Source of the DNA: Epithemia pelagica
Taxonomy: Eukaryota; Protista; Bacillariophyta
Assembly: GCA_946965045.2 (NCBI GenBank)
Contig: OX337233.1
Span: 2,480,001 to 2,544,000 of the forward strand
Direction of reading: 5' to 3'
DNA length: 64,000 bases
Below are positions 42,901-53,358 of the stretch, one piece after another (position 1 is the stretch's first letter; every line of letters begins with the position of its first letter). Under the pieces are notes generated by a model. It was not told the origin of the DNA and ran no database searches. It worked only from the letters and a program-made list of their open reading frames with translations. A program made the position numbers and the translations under genes.

Positions 42901-43350
42901 TATGGTGATCAGCGGAAAAAGACGTTCATGGGCTCGCCGATCAATCTGTCGACGGCTTTGTCGTGTCAATCATAAACCACCACAATCTCAATAAAGTCCT
43001 CATTATTGTACCACACGACTCTCCGCGTTCTGGATGTTCCGCCGCGCGCGTAGCAGCGCGGGCGCGTGTTTCCAGATGTCGTATCCTATTTATTACTTAA
43101 GGAATGATCACATGTCTGCAATATGTGCTAGAATTCACATGCACATGATGTTGCTATGCAGGCGTTTCTTGGTCCCGCCTCATGTTCCAGCTCCTTTTGT
43201 AGTAGTATAGAGGTTACTGTACAGATACAGACTAGCGATTCTGTCAGTTTGGAGTGGGGCCCATTCCGCACGCCATCCCTTCCTCATTATTGAGCGCGTG
43301 AATCAACGTGGGAAAATCTCCTGCTTCCGAGTCCGAGCCACCATCACAAG

Positions 43351-43537
43351 TTTTTTGAGTTGACAAGAGAGACAGGGCATCAAAATCAAACCCATTTCTC
43401 GCATCGGCTTCTCGCGGTAGTCAAATCTCACAGAGTCCACAGCCAAGAAAATTGCTTGACAATCAGCGCATTTGGCCCGTTCGATCAATCGAACTGTTAT
43501 GCCGCGCTGCTTGAGTAGGTAGGCTTGGTACCAAAGC
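43351..43537 (-). pseudogene. Isolated internal fragment of the glycolate-oxidase-family gene at 61987-63439
   Basis: WYQAYLLKQRGITVRLIERAK..IFLAVDSVRFDYRE matches ~62597-62776 at DNA level, with a 2-bp insertion and a small deletion. Flanks are unrelated. Confidence 0.8.
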
Positions 43538-44484
43538 CTGATTCTTTTGCGGCATAATGAAGTTACGTGGGATACGGGATGGCTGATGGATGGTGAGATG
43601 AAGCTGAGGTGACAGGCACACAACTCGATCCAAAAAAACTGACGTTTTGGTACCATGTTCGATTCCGAGATGAGGTCATTTCAGGGATCTCTCGGAACAA
43701 GCACATTATTGTTCTTTTCGGGTAGTCTTAGTGGCACGAACACGGAATCCAATGTCTCATTACTCTCATTGCGCAGCACCCGAGAGTTCCACAGATCCCT
43801 TGTTCCATAGGGGTGGTTGCCATGGATTGCTCCATACCTAATGGTTTGGCTCATTCCCGTTGTTCTTCGCGCCATCACGACTGTTGCTTGGGTCCCCGAT
43901 GATTCTCACCAGCATCCAAGAATTTTCGTACACAAACATCTCCTTCCATGTGGCTACCTAGACTGTTTCATTCCAACCAACCTCCAGCTTCTGACAGAAA
44001 AACGAAGGACCAGGATCAGATCGGTAATTGGAAATAGCAGGTGGGCCACCCGTCAGTCTTTGAGGTTGCTACATTCATTCTTGGAATCCTGCCCCATTCG
44101 CCCAGGATTCAATATTCGACTTGGCTTCATTTCTGTTGTTTGTAGGTCAAGGAGCCACCGGTCTGAAATCCATTGGACGTCAATCTTTACTGTTGATAAC
44201 ACAACATGTTTTTGTGACGATCCAGTGAACGTGTAGAGCATCCACGTATCTATCTTTCTCTTGTTCAATTGTATTCAGTCCTAACCATGCCAACAGAAGA
44301 TATATTTTTAGGTTGCTAATTCATTCTTGCAATCCTGACCCATTCGCCCAAGATTCATCAATCTTCTACTTTGCTTTCTTTCTATCTTTGCGGATTTGAG
44401 CTCTCTCCACGACGAGGAAAAGATACAATTTCTTAGTTTCGCGCACCAGCCAACTGCTTCGCCTGTGGGTGGGGGCGGGGAGAC

Positions 44485-45185
44485 TTAGAGCATACGAGAC
44501 AAGCCACGGCCCTTGAATATTCCAAGCGTACGCTTGTCTCCTCCATGGAGATCCGACGCGAGGAACATTACCGTTCCACTGTTTCCCCTTTCACAGGAGG
44601 ACGGAATAAATGTGAAATAGTAATGAGGTTTCTTTGTTTTGTCATCAATGACAACGGACAGGAACGTCCCGTGGACCATGCCACTTGGACATTGTGAAGG
44701 AAGTTGTGAAGGAAGAGATCGAACCGTGGCGGAAGGAGATGGACAAGGAAGATTGCGGAAGGAGACGGGACAAACGTAAGGAAGATTGGACCTTCCTTAT
44801 ATTTGTCCCATCTCCTCCCGCAATCTTCCTTGTCCCATCCCTCCTTCCACAACGGTTCGATCTCTTCCTTCACAACTTCGTTCACAGTATCTTTGAGACC
44901 GTCCAGAATAACACGCAACCAAACCTGATTGGATTCACTTGAAACATTGCCAGGTGCTGCTAGTTGGAGGCTGTCAGCAATATCATTGCTGTTCCTGTTT
45001 CCGACATGGGTGTGGGAAGAGGTGTCCTGTGTAGAAGTGTTGTGGCCAACCTCAGAACAATGCGATCCCGCATTGTCCTCCATAGCATCCTCTTCATTTG
45101 AGTTCTGTTTAATTGACAGTGAACTCGCCATCGTAATAGAATCAACAACGTGAAGTCGATTCACAGATATTTCTTCCAATCCCAT
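44485..45185 (-). pseudogene. Copy B of the coiled-coil/trypsin-like protease gene, internally deleted and rearranged
   Basis: N-terminus MGLEEISVNRLHVVDS..GNVSSESNQ paralogous to 52802-53048. 44485-44685 (SVVIDDKTKKPHYY..ERGNSGTVMF) paralogous to 45575-45750. The His/Asp part of the protease is missing. Confidence 0.85.
44691..44889. repeat. Long fold-back inverted repeat (~95-bp arms, ~7-nt loop)
   Basis: GAAGTTGTGAAGGAAGAGATCGAACCGT...GGACAAGGAAGATTGCGG (44700-44784) is the reverse complement of 44792-44880, apart from a few substitutions and indels. Confidence 0.9.
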
Positions 45186-45230
45186 GTTGTTCCAGGAAAA
45201 GTGGATAGGACCGGTTCTTTGTTTTTCAAT

Positions 45231-46371
45231 TTACAGCAGACAGACCCAGTCGTCGCTACTTTCCTCGTCCGAAGAAGAATCTTGCGAGCTCCCTGAGGAA
45301 TTTGAGAGAGAGGCATGAAAAGGGAATCGCTCGTGCGAAGGGTAGTTGTCGGGGGTTTCAATCAATAAGTAATTTTTCGGTTCTTTTAGTTTTGGAGGCA
45401 TATCTGTCCAGATTACTTCATTAGAGTCGCCTTGGACTGAAATCAAAACTCCTTCGTTGGATGGTATTGTCCCTACTATAAGCTTCACCACCTTGGCTCG
45501 TGTCACCTCTTCGGGAAAGGGGACAATTATTCCACGGGCTTTTATTCCTTCTTCTTTTTTGCTCATGCCCTTGAAGATTCCAAGAGCACGCTTGTCCCCT
45601 CCATGGAGATCCGATGCAAGGAACATTACCGTTCCGCTGTTTCCCCTTTCACCAAAGGAAGGAATGAAAGTGGAATAGTAATGAGGTTTCTTTGTTTTGT
45701 CATCAATGACAACGGAAAGGGACGTCCCCTGGACCGTGCCACTTTGACATTTGCCAGCCGTAGATTCTCCTGCGACAGCATTGCATAATTCATCGTATGG
45801 TATAAAATCTGCCTTGGGTATAAATTTTCCTTGTGACGAGGGACATTTATCAAGCTGTAACAAGACGATGTCTTTGCTGACATCCTTGTGGCCTTGGAAA
45901 TCATCATCTGCCAAGTGCTTTGCGAAGAGGACATGAGTTACATTGCAACCGCACACCTTCAAGTACATGGCCACATCATCGGGAATTTCAAGTAATGTCT
46001 GTTTGCAATTACCACTTTCACAACGAGTTGCTATTGACTGCTTGATACAGTGTAGCGCTGACACCATGCAGAAGTTCTGCTCAAATTCGACCAAAGTCCA
46101 TGTAGCTGATCCCCCACTCGTGCGAGCTTTTTGCAGATGCTCTTTGTCACCGGCAATGACAAGATCCAAAGCTCCTACCGCTGCCGATGGAAGAGCTCGG
46201 GCAATCAATTTGTCCGTTTTATCTAAACGATTCATCAATCTTCCTTCCATGTTTCCCATCTCCTTCCGCAATCTTCCTTCCATGTTTCCCATCTCCTTCC
46301 GCAATCTTCCTTCCATGTTTCCCATCTCCTCCAGAATATCACGCAAAAATGCCTGATTGGATTCACTTGAA
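45231..46371 (-). pseudogene. 3' part of copy A: coiled-coil repeat + trypsin-like serine protease, split by Copia from its 5' part (53048-52802)
   Basis: SALHC (His), KDIVLLQL (Asp), GERGNSGTV (Ser). Removing the Copia and one TTGAA TSD gives one continuous ~460-codon frame from ATG 53048. Confidence 0.8.
46236..46332. repeat. 33-bp coding tandem repeat x3 (EMGNMEGRLRK)
   Basis: CAATCTTCCTTCCATGTTTCCCATCTCCTTCCG at 46236, 46269 and 46302 (last copy partial). Confidence 0.92.
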
Positions 46372-46609
46372 TGTCACAAAGTGGGGCGTACTGTCCATCA
46401 GTGGGGTTGACGGGCAGTCTTGTAGCGCGCGTGTCGGCATGGGAAAGTAGATAGATTCAAATTCCCACTGTCACCATAATTTCCAAATCTGTTGTTTTGA
46501 TCTTCCTTTTTCGTCGTTAGCCGCATCATCGAACCAAGGTGACCATAGTGGAGCATCAACTCTCCGCTGCGTACGACTTTGAGCAACAGCAACATCGTCT
46601 GTTGCGACA
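46372..46609 (+). repeat. 5' LTR
   Basis: TGTCACAAAGTGG...GTTGCGACA; identical to the 3' LTR except at 2 positions. Confidence 0.97.
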
Positions 46610-46622
46610 GGTTATGAGCCCA
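46610..46622 (+). promoter_or_regulatory. Primer-binding site complementary to the initiator tRNA-Met anticodon arm (half-tRNA priming)
   Basis: GGTTATGAGCCCA directly after the LTR; reverse complement UGGGCUCAUAACC contains the CAU anticodon loop. Confidence 0.85.
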
Positions 46623-46727
46623 AGTAAAGGGTTGTAAGCTTGCTTTTGTTATCGAACAAGAGCTGGAGAAGAAGAAGACTTCGCGTACCATCGACGAAAC
46701 GAAACGGACTCGACGCTGAGAAGAACC

Positions 46728-48218
46728 ATGTCTACTGGAGGGGAATTGCCACCGCCACCGGGACCACCTAGCACGCCTCGAGCGCCGCGTCCCCCTACAC
46801 CGCCACGGCTTGGAGGATTGACCGGAATCCATCCATGGACTGGAGGCCGACCGACTGATGTGACGTTCACCGCAACGACACGAACCGTTCCGCGGAGCCC
46901 ATATTGCTACCAGTTGCAAGATCCGACGGAAGCCCACAAGGCGCTCAAACAGAAGACGACCATTGTGGATGGTAATGAAAGCGAGCCGCGCAAGTTCACA
47001 CGAGATGAAAAGAGCCTCACAATTGAGCAATTGGCAGAGATGGTCGCCGACCACATGGAGTTTCATGGGATGGACAGTGAATTCTACCTTCCTGATCCAC
47101 AAGATCCCACCAGACTTGTTGACATCCTGCAAGAAGACTCCGAGTTCACCCCAGCCTTTGTTGTCAATCACTTCAGAACTGGAATGGGAGCAACAACACC
47201 CTTGTACGATGACTACTCCACCAACAACATGGACCTTGCGTATAAGGCCATTATGTCACTGTTGGATGACTCAGTGAAGAACAGTATTTGCCCACTGCTA
47301 CCACGCGATTTGAAGTATGGGCCGATCCTCTGGATTTACGTCGTGCGTGAGGTTAGAACCGCCTCCTTCCAGCGAATCAAAGCGTTGAAACAACAACTGG
47401 AAGCCCACAAACTTCGCCAAACAGCTGGAGAAGACGTGAAAGTGTTCACCACCAAGTTTCTACAGACTTGTGTGGAGCTTGGAAAGAATGTGCCAAGTGA
47501 CGCCCCATTTCTGCTGAATGAACAGCTCTGCACATCTTCGGTAGAACAGTTCCGTGTAAAATTCATGGCTCAGAGCACAGCTGTCAATCAATGGGTCACC
47601 AAAGTCCATGGCCTCTCAAGAGCCACCATCGAAGGACGAGCAACCGAACCCGACTATATCTCAGTGCAACAGCTTGTCGAAGAAGCGAATGCAGAATATA
47701 CCTTGTTGTTGACAGCCAAGCGTTGGGGTCCGTCTGGAAAGAGCGACTCTGGAAATCCGCCAGAAGCAATGATGTCGTTCACGAAAACCAAGATTAACAA
47801 TCTCGTTCAGAAGAGTGTCTCTGCTGCCTTGAAAGGCGGTACCAACAACGGAAAGGGCACGTCCAACAATGGCGGTCGAAAGTGTCATATCTGTGGATCA
47901 CCGGATCATTTAAAGAAAGACTGCCCCAAAGCCAACAACAACGACGGCAAAGGAGGCGAACGAAAGTCGAAAGCTCCGAAGGCTCCTTGGAAATCCAAAC
48001 CACCAGGTGATGGAGAGCCTGAAACGAAAAATGTGAACGGAACAACGTGGCATTGGTGTGCCATTTGTGGATTCTGGCGACTATCGCACGGAACGGCGAC
48101 GCATGATAACGATTATGCGAAGAAAGCGAATCAAACTGGCGGTACGAAACCGGCCGCATCGCTTGCATCTCTAAAATATTGTGGAGCTGCAACTATCTTA
48201 GACGAAGACGACGAATGA
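46728..48218 (+). CDS. Copia Gag
   Basis: Zn knuckle CHICGSPDHLKKDC and a second WHWCAIC..W..SHGTATH motif. Confidence 0.9.
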   Translation: MSTGGELPPPPGPPSTPRAPRPPTPPRLGGLTGIHPWTGGRPTDVTFTATTRTVPRSPYCYQLQDPTEAHKALKQKTTIVDGNESEPRKFTRDEKSLTIEQLAEMVADHMEFHGMDSEFYLPDPQDPTRLVDILQEDSEFTPAFVVNHFRTGMGATTPLYDDYSTNNMDLAYKAIMSLLDDSVKNSICPLLPRDLKYGPILWIYVVREVRTASFQRIKALKQQLEAHKLRQTAGEDVKVFTTKFLQTCVELGKNVPSDAPFLLNEQLCTSSVEQFRVKFMAQSTAVNQWVTKVHGLSRATIEGRATEPDYISVQQLVEEANAEYTLLLTAKRWGPSGKSDSGNPPEAMMSFTKTKINNLVQKSVSAALKGGTNNGKGTSNNGGRKCHICGSPDHLKKDCPKANNNDGKGGERKSKAPKAPWKSKPPGDGEPETKNVNGTTWHWCAICGFWRLSHGTATHDNDYAKKANQTGGTKPAASLASLKYCGAATILDEDDE

Positions 48219-48230
48219 CTCATCGGGCGG

Positions 48231-51200
48231 ATGCTCATTGCTATGTATTCTTATTTGGTGATGATGAATCCGTTGCCCATCCTCTTCGCTTTCATTCGCT
48301 TGTTCCTCTCTCTTTGGCGCACCGTCTTGCCACAACAAAAACCTCGCCGCTCAACCACTCGCAAAACTCGTCGCTGCTTTCGCTTCTCGCCGATCTTGGT
48401 ATTGCCTGGTCTGTTCTGTTGCTATTCGGGTATGATGATGAGCACACATTCCTTCGTTTTGGGAATTGATGCACCGCTCACCAAGTTTCCATCGCTTGCC
48501 TTTGCAAGTCGCGTCTACCATCGACGCTTGTTTGGGCAACCCAATAGCAAAATCACCCTTGCTTTCAAGTATCATCGACGAACCTTCTACCTTCCACCAC
48601 GATGGCGTAGACGACGGAGACGCAAGCGTCGTGACCTTGACGATGCAAGCCCAGCAGACGACGATCCTCCACCTACTCCGTTTCCAAAACCTCCTGACCC
48701 TGACCCGTTTGAAGAACTGTCTTTCTCCATTCTGTTTCCCACGGCTGTCCCTCATCAAGCACAAGCAAACACTGCCGAGCCGTCAACAGAAGGAGCACCG
48801 TTGGCTTGGAACTTTCTTTCGGAATCCTCCGCCTCAACCTTTTCGGTCACGATCGATTCTGGTGCAACGATCACCATCACCCCATTTCGAGACGATTTTG
48901 TTGAATACTCTGCCCAAACTGGTTCAGTGCTGCAAGGATTGGCTAAAGGCCTCCCAAAAGATGGAACCGGAATCGTCCGCTGGAGAATGCAACTTGACGA
49001 CGGGAGCTACACCGAAATGGAAGCACCGGCTTACCATGTCTCCACCGCTCGTTGCCGCTTATTTTCTCCGCAAAGCTACTTGCAACACAAAGAAGCCACG
49101 TCCGCCGAGAACGTGCTTGAAAGTTTCGTGATCCGTGGTTCGACTCTCCGGTTCGAAATCGCAGACGGCAAAGTTGCAAGCATCTCATACCATCCAGAAA
49201 ACAACCTTCCTACGTGCACTATGGCGAATGTTCAACCTTCTCCGTCGGTGAATCAAGCATGTGTCACCCACACACAAAATCCAAACCTGACGACCGCACA
49301 AAAAGAACTTATGAAATGGCACTATCGGTTGTGCCATCATGGTTTGGCGGCTATTCAACGTCTCATGCAATCTGGAGCCCTTGGTCCGTCCTCTCTCATC
49401 AAGGCTGCATCCAAGTGTGAATTGCCCAAGTGCGCCAGTTGTCAATTTGGCAAAGCAAAACGGCGTCCGACTGATACCTCCACGAAAACGATTGTCCGCG
49501 AGAGGGAGTATGGCTTGAAGAAAGACCAGTTGTTCCCCGGCCAACGCGTTTCCATGGATCATTTTGTCGTCAAGCAAAAGGGCCGCCTCTATTCGTCTCG
49601 AGGCCAGTCTCACGAGGACAGCATGTACTCTGGTGGGTGTATCTTTGTCGACCACGCCACCGGGGACATCCATATTGAACACTTGGTCAATTTCACCGCC
49701 ACCGAAACCATCGCCGCTAAAGAGCGTTACGAAAAGCGCATGTTTGATTTCGGCATTACCGTGCAAGCGTACCAGTCGGATAACGGAATCTTCGCGTCGA
49801 AAGCCTTTGTCAACGAAATTGAATCCGGCTTGCAAAACATAAAGTTCAGTGGTGTCGGTGCCCATCATCAAAATGGGATTGCCGAACGTGGAATCGGAAC
49901 CATCCTTTCAAAGGCACGCACTATTTTGCTTCATGCAGCCATTCGATGGCCAGACGCTGCCGATATCAGTCTGCGGCCGATGGCGGTCGATTACGTGGTA
50001 TTCCAGCATAACCACATGCCGCGAACCAGCACCGGCATGATGTCTCCCATGGAAATGATTATGAAATCAAAAGTTGGCAGACAAGCTCTTGAAGACATGC
50101 ATGTATGGGGATGCCCCTGTTACGTCTTGGATCCAACTCTCCAAGATGGGCATAAGCTACCAAAATGGAAGCCAAGGTCACGTCGTGGAATCTTCCTTGG
50201 TTTTTCCAAACGACACTCGTCCAGGGTCCCACTAGTCCTCAACACGAAAACGGGACACATTTCACCGCAATTCCACGTCGTCTTTGACGACTGGTTTACA
50301 AGCGTAATTGGAGCCAGTCCTGATCGTCCGTTTGATCAAAACGAGTGGACACAACTGTTTGCGGATTCCCGTTACCACTACGCCTTCGATGAGGACGATC
50401 CGATTACCTTGGCAGATGAATGGGTAGACCAGCATGAAGACCAAGTAGATCGGTCAGCTCAAATCCGCATCACTCAACAACGAGTTCGCTTTGCCGATCA
50501 AAACGATCCTCCTGAACCAGATACAACGGCTCAACAGAGGGAGCAGGACCAGCCTGCAACAAACGATCCACCGTCCGAACCAAATCCGCCTCAACAACAA
50601 GAAGAACCACCATTACAACCTGTCGAAGAAGAAGAACCTCCAGCCATTGAAGAGCCACCTTCTTCACCACAGCAACAACCACAACCAGAACCGTCCCCAT
50701 CTCTCCGTCGTTCCGGACGAACAAGAAAAGCGCCATTACGATGGGGGTATGACGGTACACAGGGTGCAGGGTACCAGGCCCTAGCGAGTTTTGCAGCATT
50801 TGTCACCAACGCGACGACAAGCGCAGCATACCAAGCGTTCCTTGACTTGGATACCGACTCCGACACTTTTGGATTCCGCGATCCAATCGTGTACCAAGCT
50901 TCAAGCAAAAAGAATAATCCAGATCTACCGTCTTACTATGAGGCAATGACTGGTGATGACCGTGAGGGCTACGTAGCTGCCATGGGAAATGAAGTGAAAG
51001 AGCTGGAAGACAAGGGAACCTGGGTCATGACACTCCAATCCGAGATGGAAAAGCGGGGCGGCAAAGCCTTGCCTTCAACTAGGGCATTTCGGAGAAAGCG
51101 CTACCCCGACGGTTCGGTACGAAACCTAAAAGCACGGCTGTGTGTTAGAGGTGACAAGCAAACCTACGGCTTGGATTACTTCGAAACCTACGCACCTGTT

Positions 51201-52517
51201 GTCCAATGGATAACGATTCGGCTTGTGTTGTTGATGGTCCTTGTGTACAACTGGGAAACGGTGCAAACCGACTACACCAATGCATTTGCCCAAGCCTTCC
51301 TCACAGAGGATGTCTATATGGAGCTACCAAAGGATTTTGCACCAGACACTGAGGACGGAGAGGAGTATGTCTTGCATCTCAAGAAGAGTCTCTACGGCTT
51401 GAAGCAAGCACCCCTTTTGTGGTATGACCACCTTAAGGGTCATTTAAAACAACGTGGATTCAAGCAGAGCGCATTTGATCCTTGTCTCTTCTACGAACCA
51501 ACCAAACGAATCCTATGCCTCGTTTACATTGATGATGTAATTTGGGCTGGACCAGACAAAGCACGCATTATGAAAGTGTTGGAATCATTGAAAGACGATT
51601 TGGAGATGACAGTTGAAGGTGACGTATCGGCGTACCTTGGAATTGACTTCGAACGTCTCAACAACGGGCAAATCAAGTTGAAGCAATACGGGCTTATCGA
51701 CAAAGTATTGAACGCGACCGGGCTACAAGATTGCAACCCAGACAAGACTCCAGCGAGCCAAAAGCCGCTTGGTAAAGATCAAGACGGAGAGGACTACGCA
51801 GAACAGTGGAGCTACGCGTCAGTGGTCGGTATGTTGCTGTATTTGGCGTCCAACTCACGCCCAGAGATTGCCTACGCCGTGCACCAGTGTGCAAGATTCA
51901 CACACAACCCCAAGGCATCACATGCCAAAGCAGTCAAACGCATCTGCCGATATTTGAAGGGAACAAGAGATCAAGGGATGATCCTGACTCCCTCAAAGGA
52001 TTGCCTGTCCGTTGATTGTTACGTGGATGCTGATTTCGCGGGGCAGTGGGATAGTGAGGATCCACAGGATCGGCTTTGTGTGAAGTCAAGGACCGGCTAT
52101 GTTTTGATGGTTGGTAATTGCCCAGTCCATTGGGTATCTAAGTTGCAGACAGAAATTGCCGTATCAACCATGGAGGCCGAGTACATCGCCCTCAGCCTTG
52201 CCATGAGAGACCTCATTCCACTACGGGGTTTAGTGGATGAAATCAAAACCATGTTCAACATTAATGAGCTCCCTTGCAGAGCATACTCAAAAGTATTTGA
52301 GGACAACAACGGAACCATCTTGTTGGCCACATCACCACGAATGACTCCTTGCTCCAAACATATCGCAGTCAAGTACCATTTCTTCAAAGAGCATGTGTAC
52401 AATGGCAACATCCGCTTGGTCAAAGTCGCATCGGACGAACAAGTGGCGGATTGTTTGACAAAAGGACTGGATAAGACTCTATTTCAACGAGCGAGAAAGA
52501 TGTTGGCTGGATGGTAA
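48231..52517 (+). CDS. Copia Pol (protease, GAG-pre-integrase, integrase, RT, RNase H); uninterrupted
   Basis: IDSGAT, WHYRLCH, SMDHF/SDNG/QNGIAER, KARLCVRG, YIDDVI, YVDADFAG, TMEAEY, EDN, VADCLTK. Confidence 0.96.
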   Translation: MLIAMYSYLVMMNPLPILFAFIRLFLSLWRTVLPQQKPRRSTTRKTRRCFRFSPILVLPGLFCCYSGMMMSTHSFVLGIDAPLTKFPSLAFASRVYHRRLFGQPNSKITLAFKYHRRTFYLPPRWRRRRRRKRRDLDDASPADDDPPPTPFPKPPDPDPFEELSFSILFPTAVPHQAQANTAEPSTEGAPLAWNFLSESSASTFSVTIDSGATITITPFRDDFVEYSAQTGSVLQGLAKGLPKDGTGIVRWRMQLDDGSYTEMEAPAYHVSTARCRLFSPQSYLQHKEATSAENVLESFVIRGSTLRFEIADGKVASISYHPENNLPTCTMANVQPSPSVNQACVTHTQNPNLTTAQKELMKWHYRLCHHGLAAIQRLMQSGALGPSSLIKAASKCELPKCASCQFGKAKRRPTDTSTKTIVREREYGLKKDQLFPGQRVSMDHFVVKQKGRLYSSRGQSHEDSMYSGGCIFVDHATGDIHIEHLVNFTATETIAAKERYEKRMFDFGITVQAYQSDNGIFASKAFVNEIESGLQNIKFSGVGAHHQNGIAERGIGTILSKARTILLHAAIRWPDAADISLRPMAVDYVVFQHNHMPRTSTGMMSPMEMIMKSKVGRQALEDMHVWGCPCYVLDPTLQDGHKLPKWKPRSRRGIFLGFSKRHSSRVPLVLNTKTGHISPQFHVVFDDWFTSVIGASPDRPFDQNEWTQLFADSRYHYAFDEDDPITLADEWVDQHEDQVDRSAQIRITQQRVRFADQNDPPEPDTTAQQREQDQPATNDPPSEPNPPQQQEEPPLQPVEEEEPPAIEEPPSSPQQQPQPEPSPSLRRSGRTRKAPLRWGYDGTQGAGYQALASFAAFVTNATTSAAYQAFLDLDTDSDTFGFRDPIVYQASSKKNNPDLPSYYEAMTGDDREGYVAAMGNEVKELEDKGTWVMTLQSEMEKRGGKALPSTRAFRRKRYPDGSVRNLKARLCVRGDKQTYGLDYFETYAPVVQWITIRLVLLMVLVYNWETVQTDYTNAFAQAFLTEDVYMELPKDFAPDTEDGEEYVLHLKKSLYGLKQAPLLWYDHLKGHLKQRGFKQSAFDPCLFYEPTKRILCLVYIDDVIWAGPDKARIMKVLESLKDDLEMTVEGDVSAYLGIDFERLNNGQIKLKQYGLIDKVLNATGLQDCNPDKTPASQKPLGKDQDGEDYAEQWSYASVVGMLLYLASNSRPEIAYAVHQCARFTHNPKASHAKAVKRICRYLKGTRDQGMILTPSKDCLSVDCYVDADFAGQWDSEDPQDRLCVKSRTGYVLMVGNCPVHWVSKLQTEIAVSTMEAEYIALSLAMRDLIPLRGLVDEIKTMFNINELPCRAYSKVFEDNNGTILLATSPRMTPCSKHIAVKYHFFKEHVYNGNIRLVKVASDEQVADCLTKGLDKTLFQRARKMLAGW

Positions 52518-52554
52518 TCATGCAAAACTATAATCTTACGCGGCTACTACGTCT

Positions 52555-52563
52555 GAGAGGGAG
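52555..52563 (+). promoter_or_regulatory. Polypurine tract
   Basis: GAGAGGGAG abutting the 3' LTR. Confidence 0.85.
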
Positions 52564-52801
52564 TGTCACAAAGTGGGGCGTACTGTCCATCAGTGGGGTT
52601 GACGGGCAGTCTTGTAGCGCGCGTGTCGGCATGGGAAAGTAGATAGATTCAAATTCCCACTGTCACCATAATTTCCAAATCTGTTGTTTTGATCTTCCTT
52701 TTTCGTCGTTAGCCGCATCATCCAACCAAGTTGACCATAGTGGAGCATCAACTCTCCGCTGCGTACGACTTTGAGCAACAGCAACATCGTCTGTTGCGAC
52801 A
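52564..52801 (+). repeat. 3' LTR
   Basis: See 5' LTR. Confidence 0.97.
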
Positions 52802-53048
52802 TTGAAACATTGCCAGATGCTGCTAGTTGGAGGCTGTCAGAAGTATCATTGCTGTTCCTGTTTCCGACGCGGGTGTTGGAAGAGGTGTCCTGTGTAGAAG
52901 TGTTGTGGCCAACCTCAGAACAATGCGATCCCCAATTGTCCTCCATGGCATCCTCTTCATTTGAGTTCTGTTTAATTGACGGTGAACTCGCCATCGTAAA
53001 AGAATCAACAATGTGAAGTCGATTCACAGATATTTCTTCCAATCCCAT
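52802..53048 (-). pseudogene. 5' part of protease gene copy A
   Basis: MGLEEISVNRLHIVDS...ASGNVS. The sequence across the empty site matches copy B at 44920-44960 (GGATTCACTTGAAACATTGCC). Confidence 0.85.
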
Positions 53049-53358
53049 GCTCTTCCAGGAAAAGTGGAAGAACGTCTGTTTCGCACAAAAAAAAATAATG
53101 GGAAGGCGGCGGGTTTCCATTTCATCTTTCAATCCAAACCCATCATCTTCGGCTGTAATGTGTTAGGAGAACGTAATCGCACCTATGTCGCGAGAATGGT
53201 TTCTCCGTTAGCAGGAGTAGCTTTGTTCTTTTTACAATTTTGTGGACAGACAAAATTGAAAGGCTCTATCCTCTCCCTGTCCAATCGGCATCTAGTTATA
53301 GGTAACGTTAGTACTGGATTCTACGTGGATCTTCCTTCAACCTGACGACGAATCCACC

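Larger units (their letters stand above)
46372..52801 (+). mobile_element. Full-length Ty1/Copia (CoDi-like) LTR retrotransposon, 6430 bp, TSD TTGAA
   Basis: 238-bp TG...CA LTRs with 2 mismatches; TTGAA at 46367-46371 and 52802-52806; PBS and PPT present; PR-INT-RT-RH order. Confidence 0.97.

Noticed and set aside
46398-47171. 257-aa antisense ORF over the 5' LTR and gag (and the LTR-fused C-terminus of ORF 52590-53132)
   Set aside because: Shadow or chimeric frames created by the insertion; no independent coding signal.
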